Shown in pieces: positions 29,954-40,755 of a stretch of DNA of 64,000 nt; positions within the stretch are counted from its first letter, which is position 1; every line of letters begins with the position of its first letter. The notes below the pieces were generated by a model. It saw nothing but the letters and a program-made list of their open reading frames with translations. It was not told the origin of the DNA and ran no database searches. Location: positions 6,457-70,456 of the forward strand of contig CASEVP010000014.1 of the NCBI GenBank assembly GCA_949291345.1, given 5' to 3'. The stretch comes from an uncultured Ruminococcus sp. GTDB taxonomy: Bacteria > Bacillota > Clostridia > Oscillospirales > Ruminococcaceae. The translations under genes and the position numbers were made by a program.

Positions 29954-30763
29954 TCATTTCCCTTCTTTCCCACGCTGCATTTCCCACAGGATAATACCAG
30001 CTGCCATTGCCGCATTTAGAGATTCTATCGTTCCATGCATCGGAATGGTGATTCTGCTTGTACAAGCAGACGCCACTTCTGACGGGAGTCCGTTTCCTTC
30101 ATTTCCAATTACCACTGCCATTCCTTTATGAAAAGCAAATCTTCCCACATGCTGCGCGTCTCCGCCGACAACCGCCGCACAAGTTTGTATGCTTGCTTCA
30201 CGACACACTTCCAACACGGGAGCAATCTCCGTCACAGTACACAAAGGAACACGAAAAAGCGAACCCATCGTTGCTCGTACTACCTTTGGACTATATATAT
30301 CGCAGCAAGCACTGTAAATCACACCGTCAATTCCCAGAGCATCTGCCGTACGCAGGATCATTCCTGCATTCCCCGGATCCTGTAACTGATGCAAAATAGC
30401 ATAATTTCCCCCGGGATGAATTAATTCTTCTAAATATGGCTGTTCCGGCATCTTGCAAATGGCATAGACTCCTTGTGAATGCTCCGTCTGTGCAAACTCA
30501 GTTCCAAGCTCATTGGAAAGAAGCGCACAGCTTGTTTCTTTCCAATCAACTTGCACATGTTCCGCTTCCCAGCGGGAGTAGCCGTCCGTTGTCCAGAATA
30601 TATGGGTCAGATGTGCACCGCTTTTCACCGCATCCGTCACAAGCCGGAAGCCTTCAAGCACAAACTTCCCTTCCCTCATACGCTCCTTTCGGGAACGAGA
30701 AAGCTTTCGATATAATTTGACCGCAGGGTTATCTTTTGCAGTAATCTTTCGCAATGTTTCCAT
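29954..30763 (-). CDS. TrmH/SpoU family RNA methyltransferase
   Basis: QDPGNAGMILRTA, GNEGNG, ESLNAAMAA. Confidence 0.93.
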   Translation of the reverse strand: METLRKITAKDNPAVKLYRKLSRSRKERMREGKFVLEGFRLVTDAVKSGAHLTHIFWTTDGYSRWEAEHVQVDWKETSCALLSNELGTEFAQTEHSQGVYAICKMPEQPYLEELIHPGGNYAILHQLQDPGNAGMILRTADALGIDGVIYSACCDIYSPKVVRATMGSLFRVPLCTVTEIAPVLEVCREASIQTCAAVVGGDAQHVGRFAFHKGMAVVIGNEGNGLPSEVASACTSRITIPMHGTIESLNAAMAAGIILWEMQRGKEGK

Positions 30764-30981
30764 GATACATCCTTCCCTTTTTCAGCCCTATCTACATAGG
30801 AAATATGCGCAGACAGGTTTTTACATGGCAGGCGTGATAACAACATTGTACCAAATAAGTTATCATAAAGCGAGCCCATACTTACAAAAACAGGCGCTTT
30901 ATTCTCCATGCAGCAATTTCCTGCGATAATACAACAAAACACGCCCCGTATCTGTTCCAGAGCGTGTTTCTATTTGGTTCC

Positions 30982-31335
30982 TTACAGAGCTGCCTTCGCC
31001 TGTTCTACGATTGCACTAAAGCCTGCTGCATCGTGAATTGCAATTTCAGACAGCATCTTACGATTCAACGTAATGCCAGCCTTCTTGCAACCGTTCATGA
31101 ACTGAGAATAGTTAATACCATTCATCTGACATGCCGCAGAAATACGTGTAATCCACAGCTGTCTGACTTCTCTCTTCTTCTGTTTTCTGCCAATATATGC
31201 ATAATTACCGGACTTCATAACAGCCTGCTTTGCCATCTTAAAGAGCTTGCTCTTGCTGCCCCAGTAACCCTTCGCCAATTTCAGCGTCTTATTTCTTCTC
31301 TTTCGAGTCATCATTGCACCTTTAATACGTGCCAT
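30982..31335 (-). CDS. rplT: 50S ribosomal protein L20
   Basis: MARIKGA...[19 protein letters not shown]. Confidence 0.98.
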   Translation of the reverse strand: MARIKGAMMTRKRRNKTLKLAKGYWGSKSKLFKMAKQAVMKSGNYAYIGRKQKKREVRQLWITRISAACQMNGINYSQFMNGCKKAGITLNRKMLSEIAIHDAAGFSAIVEQAKAAL

Positions 31336-31372
31336 AATCTTCTACCTCCGTTTTTCTCCGTTATGACCAATC

Positions 31373-31576
31373 TTACAGATAAGGCATAAGTTTCTTCAAT
31401 GCCGGTGCATTTGTTGCATCTGCAATTCCTACCGTACGAGCAATTCTCTTACGCTTTGTAGCCTTCTGTGTGAGTCTATGTCTCTTATTGGTCTTCTGAT
31501 ACTTTACCTTACCGGAAGCTGTCATCTTAAAACGCTTCTTTGCACCAGAATGTGTTTTCGTCTTGATCTTTGCCAT
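31373..31576 (-). CDS. rpmI: 50S ribosomal protein L35
   Basis: [11 protein letters not shown]; between infC and rplT. Confidence 0.97.
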   Translation of the reverse strand: MAKIKTKTHSGAKKRFKMTASGKVKYQKTNKRHRLTQKATKRKRIARTVGIADATNAPALKKLMPYL

Positions 31577-31591
31577 GGTGATTCCTCCTGT

Positions 31592-32110
31592 TTACTTCGA
31601 TGCCTTCGGTGAAATGAACATGACCATACTACGGCCTTCCATTTTTGCCGGCTTTTCAACAACGCCCGCTTCCTGACATGCTTCCTGGAAACGTTTCAGC
31701 AGTTCTTCGCCAATTTGCGGATGTGCAATTGCCCGCTTTCGAAATCGTACAGAAACCTTCAGCTTATCTCCACCCTGCAAAAACTTTTTTGCCTGGTTAA
31801 CTTTCGTCTGAAAATCGTGGGTATCGATTGCAGAAAACATTCGAATTTCCTTCACAGACACGACTTTCTGGTTCTTTCGTGCCTCTTTTTCCCGCTTCTG
31901 CTGTTCAAAGCAGAATTTACCGTAATCCATGATTCGGCATACCGGCGGCTTTGCCGTCGGCGCAATTTTTACCAGATCCAAATCGCTGTCATAGGCAATT
32001 TTCTGCGCATCTCTTGCAGACATTGTTCCGAGTTTTTTCCCATCCTGATCGATCACCAGGACCTCTTTATCCCGGATTTCTTCATTGATCTGCAGTTCCT
32101 GCTTGCTGAT
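31592..32110 (-). CDS. infC: Translation initiation factor IF-3 (non-canonical ATC start)
   Basis: In-frame extension ISKQELQINEEIRDKEV after GGAGGTG RBS; PPVCRIMDYGK. Confidence 0.93.
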   Translation of the reverse strand: MSKQELQINEEIRDKEVLVIDQDGKKLGTMSARDAQKIAYDSDLDLVKIAPTAKPPVCRIMDYGKFCFEQQKREKEARKNQKVVSVKEIRMFSAIDTHDFQTKVNQAKKFLQGGDKLKVSVRFRKRAIAHPQIGEELLKRFQEACQEAGVVEKPAKMEGRSMVMFISPKASK

Positions 32111-32139
32111 AAGCCAGCACCTCCAAACATGTTAATTCC

Positions 32140-32300
32140 AAACAAAAAAAAGCGTTCACACCAATTGTGAACACTCCTTCTCCAATCGTCAAAACAACCT
32201 TTTCATCTAATAATTGTATAATAAAACAGGCTTTACTCGACTTTATCGACCGTTTCGACTCTCCGCCAAACGGTGAGAACAGGAATGCTCTTCTTTGTTT
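32140..32300 (-). promoter_or_regulatory. L20 ribosomal-protein leader with terminator hairpin
   Basis: AGAAG...TTCTCACC 5' motif, terminator GAGTGTTCAC...GTGAACGC-T8, upstream of infC-rpmI-rplT; promoter TTGACA-17-TAAAAT at 32310-32338. Confidence 0.75.
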
Positions 32301-32372
32301 ACTTGAAGTATTTTACCACATTTCTATCCGTCTGTCAAGAAGCCACTTTATATTTTACAAAACATTCACATT

Positions 32373-32993
32373 TCATTCCGATTTCTCATCAGAAAACCAT
32401 TTTTTTATCCATTCCAAACATTTTAACTTGACCTGATACTGTTCCGGATGCTTCAAAAGTGCCTGTTCCTCTTTGGCAAAATAAGTCTCTTCTATACTAT
32501 CCTCCGTATCCGTCTCCACAGCGCTTGGTACACACAGTGACGGATACATCACGCACCACCAGTTTTGTCCTTTTGCCTCTCCGATGGTGATCCGCAAAGC
32601 CTCATACTCTCCAGCGGGCATAGTAATCTCCCCATATGTGCGCGCGTCAAATTCCATTGTCACAAGACGAGCATCTACATCATACTGCGCACCTTCTTCG
32701 ACAAGCACCGATCGTGCTACCGTTTCCAGATCCGATAAATGTGCACAAACCAAGTTTTCTGTTTCTTCCAAAGTAGCATCTGAATCACTGAACAAGGTAT
32801 TTGCATATGCCAACACCTTGTCCCGTACCTTCAATTTCAATGCCTGATCATCAATGCTGTCTGAATTTGCCAAGATATGCAGCCGAAGCACAGACTCTTC
32901 CAGATGTCGGTGAGTTTGGGCAGTCTGCCACAACCCCGAACAGCATATGGTTCCCGCCATTCCCAAAAGCAGTGCCACTTCTAATTTTTTCAT
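32373..32993 (-). CDS. spoIIR: Stage II sporulation protein R
   Basis: LRLHILANSDS..DQALKLKVRD, PAGEYEALRITIG, GQNWWCVMYPSLC; true start MKKLEVAL. Confidence 0.95.
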   Translation of the reverse strand: MKKLEVALLLGMAGTICCSGLWQTAQTHRHLEESVLRLHILANSDSIDDQALKLKVRDKVLAYANTLFSDSDATLEETENLVCAHLSDLETVARSVLVEEGAQYDVDARLVTMEFDARTYGEITMPAGEYEALRITIGEAKGQNWWCVMYPSLCVPSAVETDTEDSIEETYFAKEEQALLKHPEQYQVKLKCLEWIKKWFSDEKSE

Positions 32994-33055
32994 CTCGATC
33001 ACCTCGAGAAAATTATGCACCAGCACCACTATATTTATACACTTATTTCCAATTT

Positions 33056-34135
33056 TTATAACAGCTTCGCCAGTATAGAATTGGACACTAAAAATCCTGC
33101 GGGTGTCATGCGGATGCGATTGTTTTGCCGCTGCATCAGCCCTGCGCTGCACATCTGTTCCAAAAAGGATTCTTTTCCAGAAAGCCACTCCAACGGAGCA
33201 CCTTCTGTCATCCGCATTTGCAACATTAATCTTTCTTCTCTGGTACAAGGTGCCGCATCTTCTAATACGGTCGGCTGAACGGAATGCTGCAAAAATCCTG
33301 CAACAGAAGAAGGAACAAAAAATCGTTTTCCATTCCAACAAGAATGGGCAGAAGGTCCGATACCCAAATATGGAACACACCGCCAATACTTACAGTTGTG
33401 ACGACTTTCAAAACCCGGTATTGCAAAATTTGAAATCTCATACTGTAAATAGCCCTTTGCCTGCAGCTGTTCCACCGCATGCAAATACAAATCCGCAGCA
33501 CAGTCTTCATCCGGACAAAAACTTTCGATATGTGCCTTTGCAAAAGGAGTTCCCGCTTCTACTTTCAACAAATATGCTGAAATATGCTGAATCGGAAACG
33601 AGGTCATCTGCCGCAGCGTGGCATTCAATTCGGTTTTTGTTTGTTGTGGCAGTGCCAGCATCACATCACAAGAAATATTATGGAACCCTGCTTTTGCAGC
33701 AAGATCTACTGTTCGTACTGCTTCTTTTGCCGTATGCAGCCGTCCCAATCTGCGCAGCTGTACATCATCTAGGGACTGTACTCCCAACGATAGGCGATTC
33801 ACGCCGATTCTTCGCAGTTCTTGCAGCTGCACAAAGGAAAGCATTGCCGGATTTGCCTCTAAAGTAATCTCGGCATTTTCCGACAATAAAAAAGCCTTAG
33901 AAACAGATACAAGAATCTTTTCGATATGTGACGGCAAGAGGATGGAAGGGGTTCCTCCACCAAAATACACCGTATCAATCGAAACCGGAGCACTATAGTG
34001 AAGGATATTCCGAACCACTGCCTCTGCATATGCATCAAGCGTTCTCGGATTCGATTTTACTGAATAAAAATTACAGTATGGACACTTTTGCATGCAAAAT
34101 GGAACATGGATATACAGTCCTGCGTTTTGCATCAT
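33056..34135 (-). CDS. hemW: Radical SAM heme chaperone HemW
   Basis: YIHVPFCMQKCPYCNF, FGGGTPS, YEISNFA, HNCKYW. Confidence 0.92.
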   Translation of the reverse strand: MMQNAGLYIHVPFCMQKCPYCNFYSVKSNPRTLDAYAEAVVRNILHYSAPVSIDTVYFGGGTPSILLPSHIEKILVSVSKAFLLSENAEITLEANPAMLSFVQLQELRRIGVNRLSLGVQSLDDVQLRRLGRLHTAKEAVRTVDLAAKAGFHNISCDVMLALPQQTKTELNATLRQMTSFPIQHISAYLLKVEAGTPFAKAHIESFCPDEDCAADLYLHAVEQLQAKGYLQYEISNFAIPGFESRHNCKYWRCVPYLGIGPSAHSCWNGKRFFVPSSVAGFLQHSVQPTVLEDAAPCTREERLMLQMRMTEGAPLEWLSGKESFLEQMCSAGLMQRQNNRIRMTPAGFLVSNSILAKLL

Positions 34136-34455
34136 CCAACATCATTCCGTATCGGTTTTTCTAATGGTCCAAAAAACGCATCAAACAAACGACACAACAC
34201 ATAAGCTGCCACAACAGCTGCTGCCATCATAATATAAGACCAATTAGAATTCTCCTGAAAATATACATAGATCACATATACAAACGCCACAATGTACACA
34301 ACAGCACTGAAAATCATAGAACCTTTTCCATTCACACAGTGATGACCACAATTGGTACAAACTCTGCCCTTACTGTTGAGCCCTCCAGTAAAGGCTTTTT
34401 TTATAGGATTAAACGACTTTGCTCCGCAATGGGGACAGGTATAGATTGATTTCAT
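34132..34455 (-). CDS. Hypothetical zinc-ribbon protein with two TM segments
   Basis: CPHCG...CTNCG followed by two hydrophobic helices; AGGAG RBS. Confidence 0.7.
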   Translation of the reverse strand: MKSIYTCPHCGAKSFNPIKKAFTGGLNSKGRVCTNCGHHCVNGKGSMIFSAVVYIVAFVYVIYVYFQENSNWSYIMMAAAVVAAYVLCRLFDAFFGPLEKPIRNDVG

Positions 34456-34753
34456 CGTAAAAAATCTCCTTTTAACATGCGAATTTGATCGACACAAAAA
34501 TAAGCGATATTGCCGCTCTTCGACATTCTACTGCATTTTCAATCTCATAAAGAAACATTTGAAACACTGCTGCATGAATGGCAGAAGCGACAAGTTTTTT
34601 AACATGATATTGTGATAATCATTATACTGCATCCCGTTAAAAAAGTCAAGGAAACGCCTTGAAAACGCTTTGTATCACATAGATGCCGTAATACTAAAAG
34701 TGAAAAAAACCGTCAAAAGAAAATATAACTTCTGACGGTTTTGTCACATTATT

Positions 34754-35365
34754 TTAATATATTACTTTTTTTGCAGTATCCACCACTATGTCCGCACACA
34801 ATTCTAGACCAAGTGCACCACTATTCAGACACATATGGTAATTGTCCTTATCATACCAGTTTCCACCAGTATTAATACTATAGAAAGTCTCACGACGCTT
34901 ATCGGTTTTTCGAAGCATGGCCTCCACTCTGCGTTCATCAACATGATACTCGTTTACTGCACGTTCAGAACGAGATTTGGTATCTGCATATATAAACACA
35001 TTAAACAAATTATTTAGATCACGCAGAATATAACTTGCACAGCGTCCCACAATCACACAATCACTTTTTTCAGCCAGTTCACGGATTATATTTGTCTCAA
35101 TAATATATACCTTATCAGACAAAGGCAGATTTTCTTCGATTGTCCGAGTTGGACTGGAGGTGAGCATCAATGTATACAAAAAACTCTTTGGTGCTGCTTC
35201 TTCCGCTGTCTCCAAATATTCCATGGAAACATTGCAGCGTTCCGATGCCATTTGTAAGATTTCACGATTGTAACACGGTATTCCCAGACGTTGTCCGATC
35301 ATTTCGCCAATTTTACGTCCGCCGCTTGCATATTCTCTTTCAATTGTAATAATTCGATGACTCAT
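34754..35365 (-). CDS. Cytidylate kinase-like family protein
   Basis: IITIEREYASGG, CVIVGRCA, DKRR...Y. Confidence 0.88.
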   Translation of the reverse strand: MSHRIITIEREYASGGRKIGEMIGQRLGIPCYNREILQMASERCNVSMEYLETAEEAAPKSFLYTLMLTSSPTRTIEENLPLSDKVYIIETNIIRELAEKSDCVIVGRCASYILRDLNNLFNVFIYADTKSRSERAVNEYHVDERRVEAMLRKTDKRRETFYSINTGGNWYDKDNYHMCLNSGALGLELCADIVVDTAKKVIY

Positions 35366-35576
35366 ATTAAGTGCCTCCATTCTATGTTCGTCATTCCAGC
35401 AACATCGTATCCACTGCATTCGGTGCATTCTCAGTACGGTGTTTCTTTTATGTTTATACCATTATAACATATTTTGTGAAGTTTTGCATCCTTTGTACGG
35501 ATTTTTTTCATGTTTTGGTGATTTTCTACTTTTTATACATTGATATATTTTAATATTTGTATATATTGCACATATT

Positions 35577-37712
35577 TTAAATTGTTGCATCCAAAATTGC
35601 ATCGATAATCTCTGGATAATACCAACTGCATTTTTTTCGATTTAAAAGTCCGAATCCATCTGTCTGATTGCCGTCATCCCACAAAAAGCACTTGATACCA
35701 TGTGACTTAGCCTCACTGAGATAATACTGACACCATGCAGCACGAGCAGAAGTGTTTCCATTTTTATTTACTGTACCACATTCACCAATAATCAACGGGA
35801 TTCCCTGACTGACAAATTTTTCTTCCAGGTACTGGAACGTCTGGTTCAGTTCTTGTTTATCCGCATCACTTCCCCAATCGGCACGAGTATCATCCGGTCC
35901 ACAAAAATCCCATGGTGCATAGATATGCAATGATACAATGATATGTGCATCGTCCGGAATTTTCAATCCTTCAATCGCCTTTTTTTCCACAGACTGTGCA
36001 TAAGTTGTAACAATTAAAGAACGTTCTGCATTACCTCCTCCAGTACTGCGAACCGTATCTACAAATGCTTGAAACAACTGATTGATGCAGTCATAAGATT
36101 CCTGTGTCCCACCAGTCCATTCCTCTGCCGCACCCACAATACGTGGTTCGTTCATACCCTCAAAAATCAGTCTATGATCATAATCACGAAATGTAGTGCT
36201 AATCTGTCTCCAGATATTTGTAAGCACTGCTTTGTTATTTTCCAGCTTATCTTTGCTCTGCACAAGCCACAAATAGTCGTCATGATGCACATTAATGATA
36301 ACGTACAAGCCCAAATCATAGGCATAATCCACCACTTCTTTAACACGTGCCATCCAGTCGCTGTCGATTGTGCCGTCTGCTGACATATGTTCTCCCCAGG
36401 TAACAGGAATGCGAACGGCGTTGAATCCAGCTTTTTGAACCGTTTCAAACATTGCCTTTGTAGTCTTTGGGTTTCCCCAACCGGTCTCGGTATCATTGGA
36501 ATTGGTATTATAGCTATCCAGTGCGTTACCCAGATTCCAGCCTACCCGAATATCTTCCACGATCTCTACTGAAGTCATGGAATTGACTTCATCGCTAGTT
36601 GGCACATCACCAGAAATCACGACACTGTTATCACTGTTGTTATTCTCCGAATCCACTTCAGAATCTGTTTTTGTCGTAGTTCCCGTTGCATTACTGTAAC
36701 GTACGCTAATCTGATCCAGAGTAACCGTGCCCTGGTCACTCCACCAGTATCCCAGCATCACCACACCGTTGGGATCAATATATGCCTTAATATTATCCGG
36801 TACGATCCATGTCAAAGACAAATTACCGGAATCTGTAAACACACAAACATTTTGAGTTTGATACCAATTTTCATCAGTAGAATATGCTTCTCCTTCGTCT
36901 GTCAGAGAAACACCAAATGCACCGGTAAATTTTCCCAATGCACCATCACTGCTGATATCAAATGTCACTGTCTGCAATGTATCCTCGCTGCCAATCAAAT
37001 CCGCAAGATCAATTTTTGCCGATTTAGAGGACTCATCATTATAGTTCAGATGTACACCTAAATTGGTAGAATTTGTCCCATCTACCGGCACTTCACGGGT
37101 TCTGGTATATGTGCAGACAATGCTCGACAGCTTCACCTGCTCCACATTGCTCCACCAATGTCCAAACAATACTTCCCCATTTGGATCGATCTCCGTCTGG
37201 ATTTCCACCGGCACATTCCATGTAAACTCCGCATAGGCACTATTCTGAGACTGCTCAAAATCAGTCGCCTGATACCAGCCTTCATCGGTAGCGCTTGCAC
37301 AGCTTTCCTTTACCGAAACGCCATAACCGCCCTTATAGCTACCCAGACTTGTAGTACCGTTACCAGAATATACGATAAATGTGAAAGACTGAACAACATC
37401 TCCCTCTTCGATAAAATTACTTAAAGAGGCTTTATAGTGATTGGTATCATCACTTCCCCGATCCAAAATCGCATTGATGTCAGACAGTTCCGCTCCCAAT
37501 GTCGAGCTTACTATTTCTGTTGGGCTTACGTGTACAGTTGTGGTTTCTGTAATGCTTTCTGTTTCTGCCGAAGTGGATTCTGTTGTTTCTTGTACCATTG
37601 TTGATGACAATTTGGCATCATCTTCTGTTTTTCCACAGCCAACAAAAGCAGTTCCCGCCATCACTACCGCCAACATCACTGCCGCCAATTGTTTCCATAT
37701 TTTCATCTGCAT
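35577..37712 (-). CDS. Lipoprotein endoglucanase: two tandem CBM79/DUF5620-like modules plus GH5 catalytic domain
   Basis: Lipobox FVGC, S/T linker, two repeats ending TWnVP...GxWWS, then GWNLGN, RIPVTW, INVHH, FEGMNEP, HIY, IGECG, WDDG. Confidence 0.9.
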   Translation of the reverse strand: MQMKIWKQLAAVMLAVVMAGTAFVGCGKTEDDAKLSSTMVQETTESTSAETESITETTTVHVSPTEIVSSTLGAELSDINAILDRGSDDTNHYKASLSNFIEEGDVVQSFTFIVYSGNGTTSLGSYKGGYGVSVKESCASATDEGWYQATDFEQSQNSAYAEFTWNVPVEIQTEIDPNGEVLFGHWWSNVEQVKLSSIVCTYTRTREVPVDGTNSTNLGVHLNYNDESSKSAKIDLADLIGSEDTLQTVTFDISSDGALGKFTGAFGVSLTDEGEAYSTDENWYQTQNVCVFTDSGNLSLTWIVPDNIKAYIDPNGVVMLGYWWSDQGTVTLDQISVRYSNATGTTTKTDSEVDSENNNSDNSVVISGDVPTSDEVNSMTSVEIVEDIRVGWNLGNALDSYNTNSNDTETGWGNPKTTKAMFETVQKAGFNAVRIPVTWGEHMSADGTIDSDWMARVKEVVDYAYDLGLYVIINVHHDDYLWLVQSKDKLENNKAVLTNIWRQISTTFRDYDHRLIFEGMNEPRIVGAAEEWTGGTQESYDCINQLFQAFVDTVRSTGGGNAERSLIVTTYAQSVEKKAIEGLKIPDDAHIIVSLHIYAPWDFCGPDDTRADWGSDADKQELNQTFQYLEEKFVSQGIPLIIGECGTVNKNGNTSARAAWCQYYLSEAKSHGIKCFLWDDGNQTDGFGLLNRKKCSWYYPEIIDAILDATI

Positions 37713-37987
37713 TTTCTTCCTTTTTCCTATAATATTTCTGGTGCATTCGTCTATGAAAAAACGGCAGATGACGTAATGCTTTTCTGCATTCCACGGCATC
37801 CACCGCAATTTCCTAATATATTTCTTTCAATCAAAACAATACATTGATAACTGCACTGCAACAAAGACTTGCGTTAAAAATGCATCACCTAATCTTTTTC
37901 CGCAAAACATATGCAAGAGTATATTTCCTGCATTGCTGCGGCACGTGGATACATGACAAACAATACTTGTCCGTATCTTACCTTGAA

Positions 37988-38569
37988 TTAATCCAATTTT
38001 ACAATTTCACCCATCAGATCACGTGAAGCACTGATGGCATTGGATTCATCTGTATCAATATGCATTGCTGTTGCATAGCTGGGAGACACACGACAAACAA
38101 CATCACCCAGAATCGCCTTTCTGCCGTCTGTATCAACCTTGACCCATACAACATCTTTATCCTTTACACCAAATTTTTCCGCATCCTCCGGTGTAAAGTG
38201 AATGTGACGTTTTGCCACAATTACGCCTTCAGAAATCTCCAATTGACCCGAAGGTCCAATAATAGTACACGCACCGGAATTTGCAATGTCGCCGGATTCG
38301 CGTATTGGCGCTGCAATGCCAATCGAGCGTGCATCCGTTGCAGACAATTCCACCTGATTTGCACTACGGAACGGGCCCAAAATCGACACATTTGGCAACT
38401 GCTTTTTAGGTCCAACAATGGTCACACGTTCTTCACTCGCAAACTGCCCCGGCTGAGACAGCATTTTTTTGACAGTCAGCTCCTTGCCGGCACCAAATAA
38501 TACTTCAAATGCCTCTTTTGTTAAGTGCACATGTCTTGCAGATGTTTCAACAATAAATTTTTCAGACAT
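37988..38569 (-). CDS. pduL: PduL-type phosphate acyltransferase
   Basis: SARHVHL, LSQPGQF, RESGD, AKRHIH, MHIDTDE. Confidence 0.93.
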   Translation of the reverse strand: MSEKFIVETSARHVHLTKEAFEVLFGAGKELTVKKMLSQPGQFASEERVTIVGPKKQLPNVSILGPFRSANQVELSATDARSIGIAAPIRESGDIANSGACTIIGPSGQLEISEGVIVAKRHIHFTPEDAEKFGVKDKDVVWVKVDTDGRKAILGDVVCRVSPSYATAMHIDTDESNAISASRDLMGEIVKLD

Positions 38570-38728
38570 AACTCATTCCTCCAGATTGAGACAATACGGC
38601 AAAAAGACTTTTTCATCATAAAAGCTATTTGCAGCATTGCCCTAAATATCTTTCCTTCTGTATTGTACTACTTTTTTCCAAATTCGTCAAGGGGGAAACG
38701 GCAAGAAAAAACAAATACGCGCTGCAAT

Positions 38729-39874
38729 TTACATACCAAACAGCAAAATCTGCATTATAAGAAATGCAAATGTCATTAGCATCACCGGTGATGACCAGAA
38801 AATCCTTTGCCGTACCGCCTGTTTCGGCATGGGATATGGCAAAAGTTCTTTCCGCTCTTTGATAACCCAAAAGACAACGCCTGTCACCACCATAGCTAAA
38901 TACAGCATTGAATAACCAATATTCAGAATAAACATAGCCGGACTACCCGCAAATTGTCCAAATATCGAAAAAATGCTTGCGGAAATATTAATCCCCATAT
39001 GTACCAAAATGGATGGCATCAATGAATTGTGACGCACATCAATTTTTCCTAGAAATAGTCCCAAAATTGCACCTAAGATCCCCTGTGAGAAATTTCCGTG
39101 CATCATGCCGAATAGCAGTGCACTAATAACAATACCAAACCGAATACTGATTATGGAAAGAGATTTCATCACAAATCCCCGATACAAGAATTCTTCTGTA
39201 ATTGGTGCCAAAACACAAGTATATATCAAACTTATGACTAGTGCTTTTCCATCCTGGAATTCAAACTGCATTGGTTCAGTCAGTTGTGCTCCATTTCGGG
39301 AAAGGAAGAATTCCAACAGACTGTACACCATTCCAGCAACAAATTGAAGCGCCAATCCAATCCAGATATACTTTATCCCATTCCAAGCGGAAAATGAGGT
39401 GGTATGAAACAAGCTCCCCATCGAAATGTGAGACTGGCGGCAGCCCAACCACGCTGTCAAAACATTTAGCCCCGCAAAAACAATACAATGCAGTGCCATA
39501 AATGCAGAAGAATGTTCCAGCATGCCGTAAGCACCTTCCAATGAAGCAGAAAAATATGATTTTGTTGTACCGTCCATTATTAGCAAGAGCAGAAGCGTCA
39601 TAACTAAGAACAATAGTTGGTTACATAAGCAATTGAGAAATACCCAGAATCCTGTAAGATTTATCTGTCTTCGAATTGCACAGCGTTCCGTTTTTTGGGG
39701 AAAAAATGGCACACAAAAACCAGGAAGCAAAATCTGTGGTAAAATGCGGCGATAATCACGTCGATATGTTCGATTCTCCAAAGGGTTCTCAAATGGATTG
39801 CGGGGATCTGTCAATGGCATTGTCTTACCATTTTCTATTAATTTATCCTGATCAATATCTGGTTCAATCACCAA
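38729..39874 (-). CDS. CPBP/CAAX intramembrane metalloprotease
   Basis: APITEEFLYRG, FGMMH, HMGIN; multi-TM. Confidence 0.9.
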   Translation of the reverse strand: MVIEPDIDQDKLIENGKTMPLTDPRNPFENPLENRTYRRDYRRILPQILLPGFCVPFFPQKTERCAIRRQINLTGFWVFLNCLCNQLLFLVMTLLLLLIMDGTTKSYFSASLEGAYGMLEHSSAFMALHCIVFAGLNVLTAWLGCRQSHISMGSLFHTTSFSAWNGIKYIWIGLALQFVAGMVYSLLEFFLSRNGAQLTEPMQFEFQDGKALVISLIYTCVLAPITEEFLYRGFVMKSLSIISIRFGIVISALLFGMMHGNFSQGILGAILGLFLGKIDVRHNSLMPSILVHMGINISASIFSIFGQFAGSPAMFILNIGYSMLYLAMVVTGVVFWVIKERKELLPYPMPKQAVRQRIFWSSPVMLMTFAFLIMQILLFGM

Positions 39875-40142
39875 TATATCCTCCTTTGCTCATACAGCAT
39901 TATTTTTATTATAGCATATTTTTTTTACTGCGTAAACCTTTTTTTACAGACTCTCACATTTTACACCAATTTTCCCTCTGATGCTGTCGTGTCTGTGTTT
40001 TCTTGCTGGGATTTCAAAAAAATCCTATAGACAAATATCTCAAAATATGCTATACTAAATACAATGTTACATTTTACAGTAAATTGACGTGTCGGTATTT
40101 TAAGTTACTGTACATTCGATTTACAGAAGAAAGGAGATTGCA

Positions 40143-40559
40143 TTGCACATGCAGCATGAAAAATCCTGTGGTGCCATTGTATACCGCAAATCGCATGGAA
40201 ATACAGAAATTTTACTCATCAAGCATATCAATAGCGGGCACTGGTCATTCCCCAAGGGTCATATGGAAAACGGGGAAACAGAAATTGAAACTGCCATTCG
40301 TGAAATTAAAGAAGAAACCTCTGTAGATGTGATCATTGACCCTACTTTTCGGGAAACAGTATCGTATTTTCCCAAACGGGACACACAAAAAACAGTGGTC
40401 TATTTTATTGCCCGTGCTAAAAACTACGATTTCTCCCCACAAGAAGAGGAAATTGCAGAAATACGCTGGGTAGACATTGGCTATGCTTCCACAATTCTTA
40501 CCTACGAAAACGACAAAAATATTGTCAACAAAGCAAAAGCAGCAATTAAAGAGTTTTAA
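40143..40559 (+). CDS. NUDIX hydrolase (asymmetrical Ap4A hydrolase-like)
   Basis: EKSCGA, HWSFPKGHMENGETEIETAIREIKEET Nudix box. Confidence 0.9.
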   Translation: MHMQHEKSCGAIVYRKSHGNTEILLIKHINSGHWSFPKGHMENGETEIETAIREIKEETSVDVIIDPTFRETVSYFPKRDTQKTVVYFIARAKNYDFSPQEEEIAEIRWVDIGYASTILTYENDKNIVNKAKAAIKEF

Positions 40560-40681
40560 AGTATGTTTCGCATTCCCTAACAAATCTCTTTATACTTTGC
40601 TCGAACATCTACAAAAAAGTTACAGAACATGCTCTTAGAAGCGACACTAAACAATAGATCATACAGCAATAATACAACTAT

Positions 40682-40721
40682 AAAAAACCCGGAAAGATGT
40701 TCTTACTTTCCGGGTTTTTTT
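40682..40721. terminator. Bidirectional terminator between convergent genes
   Basis: A6-CCCGGAAAG...CTTTCCGGG-T7. Confidence 0.8.
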
Positions 40722-40755
40722 ATATACTGTTATTTTACTGGGAATGGAATTCTGA

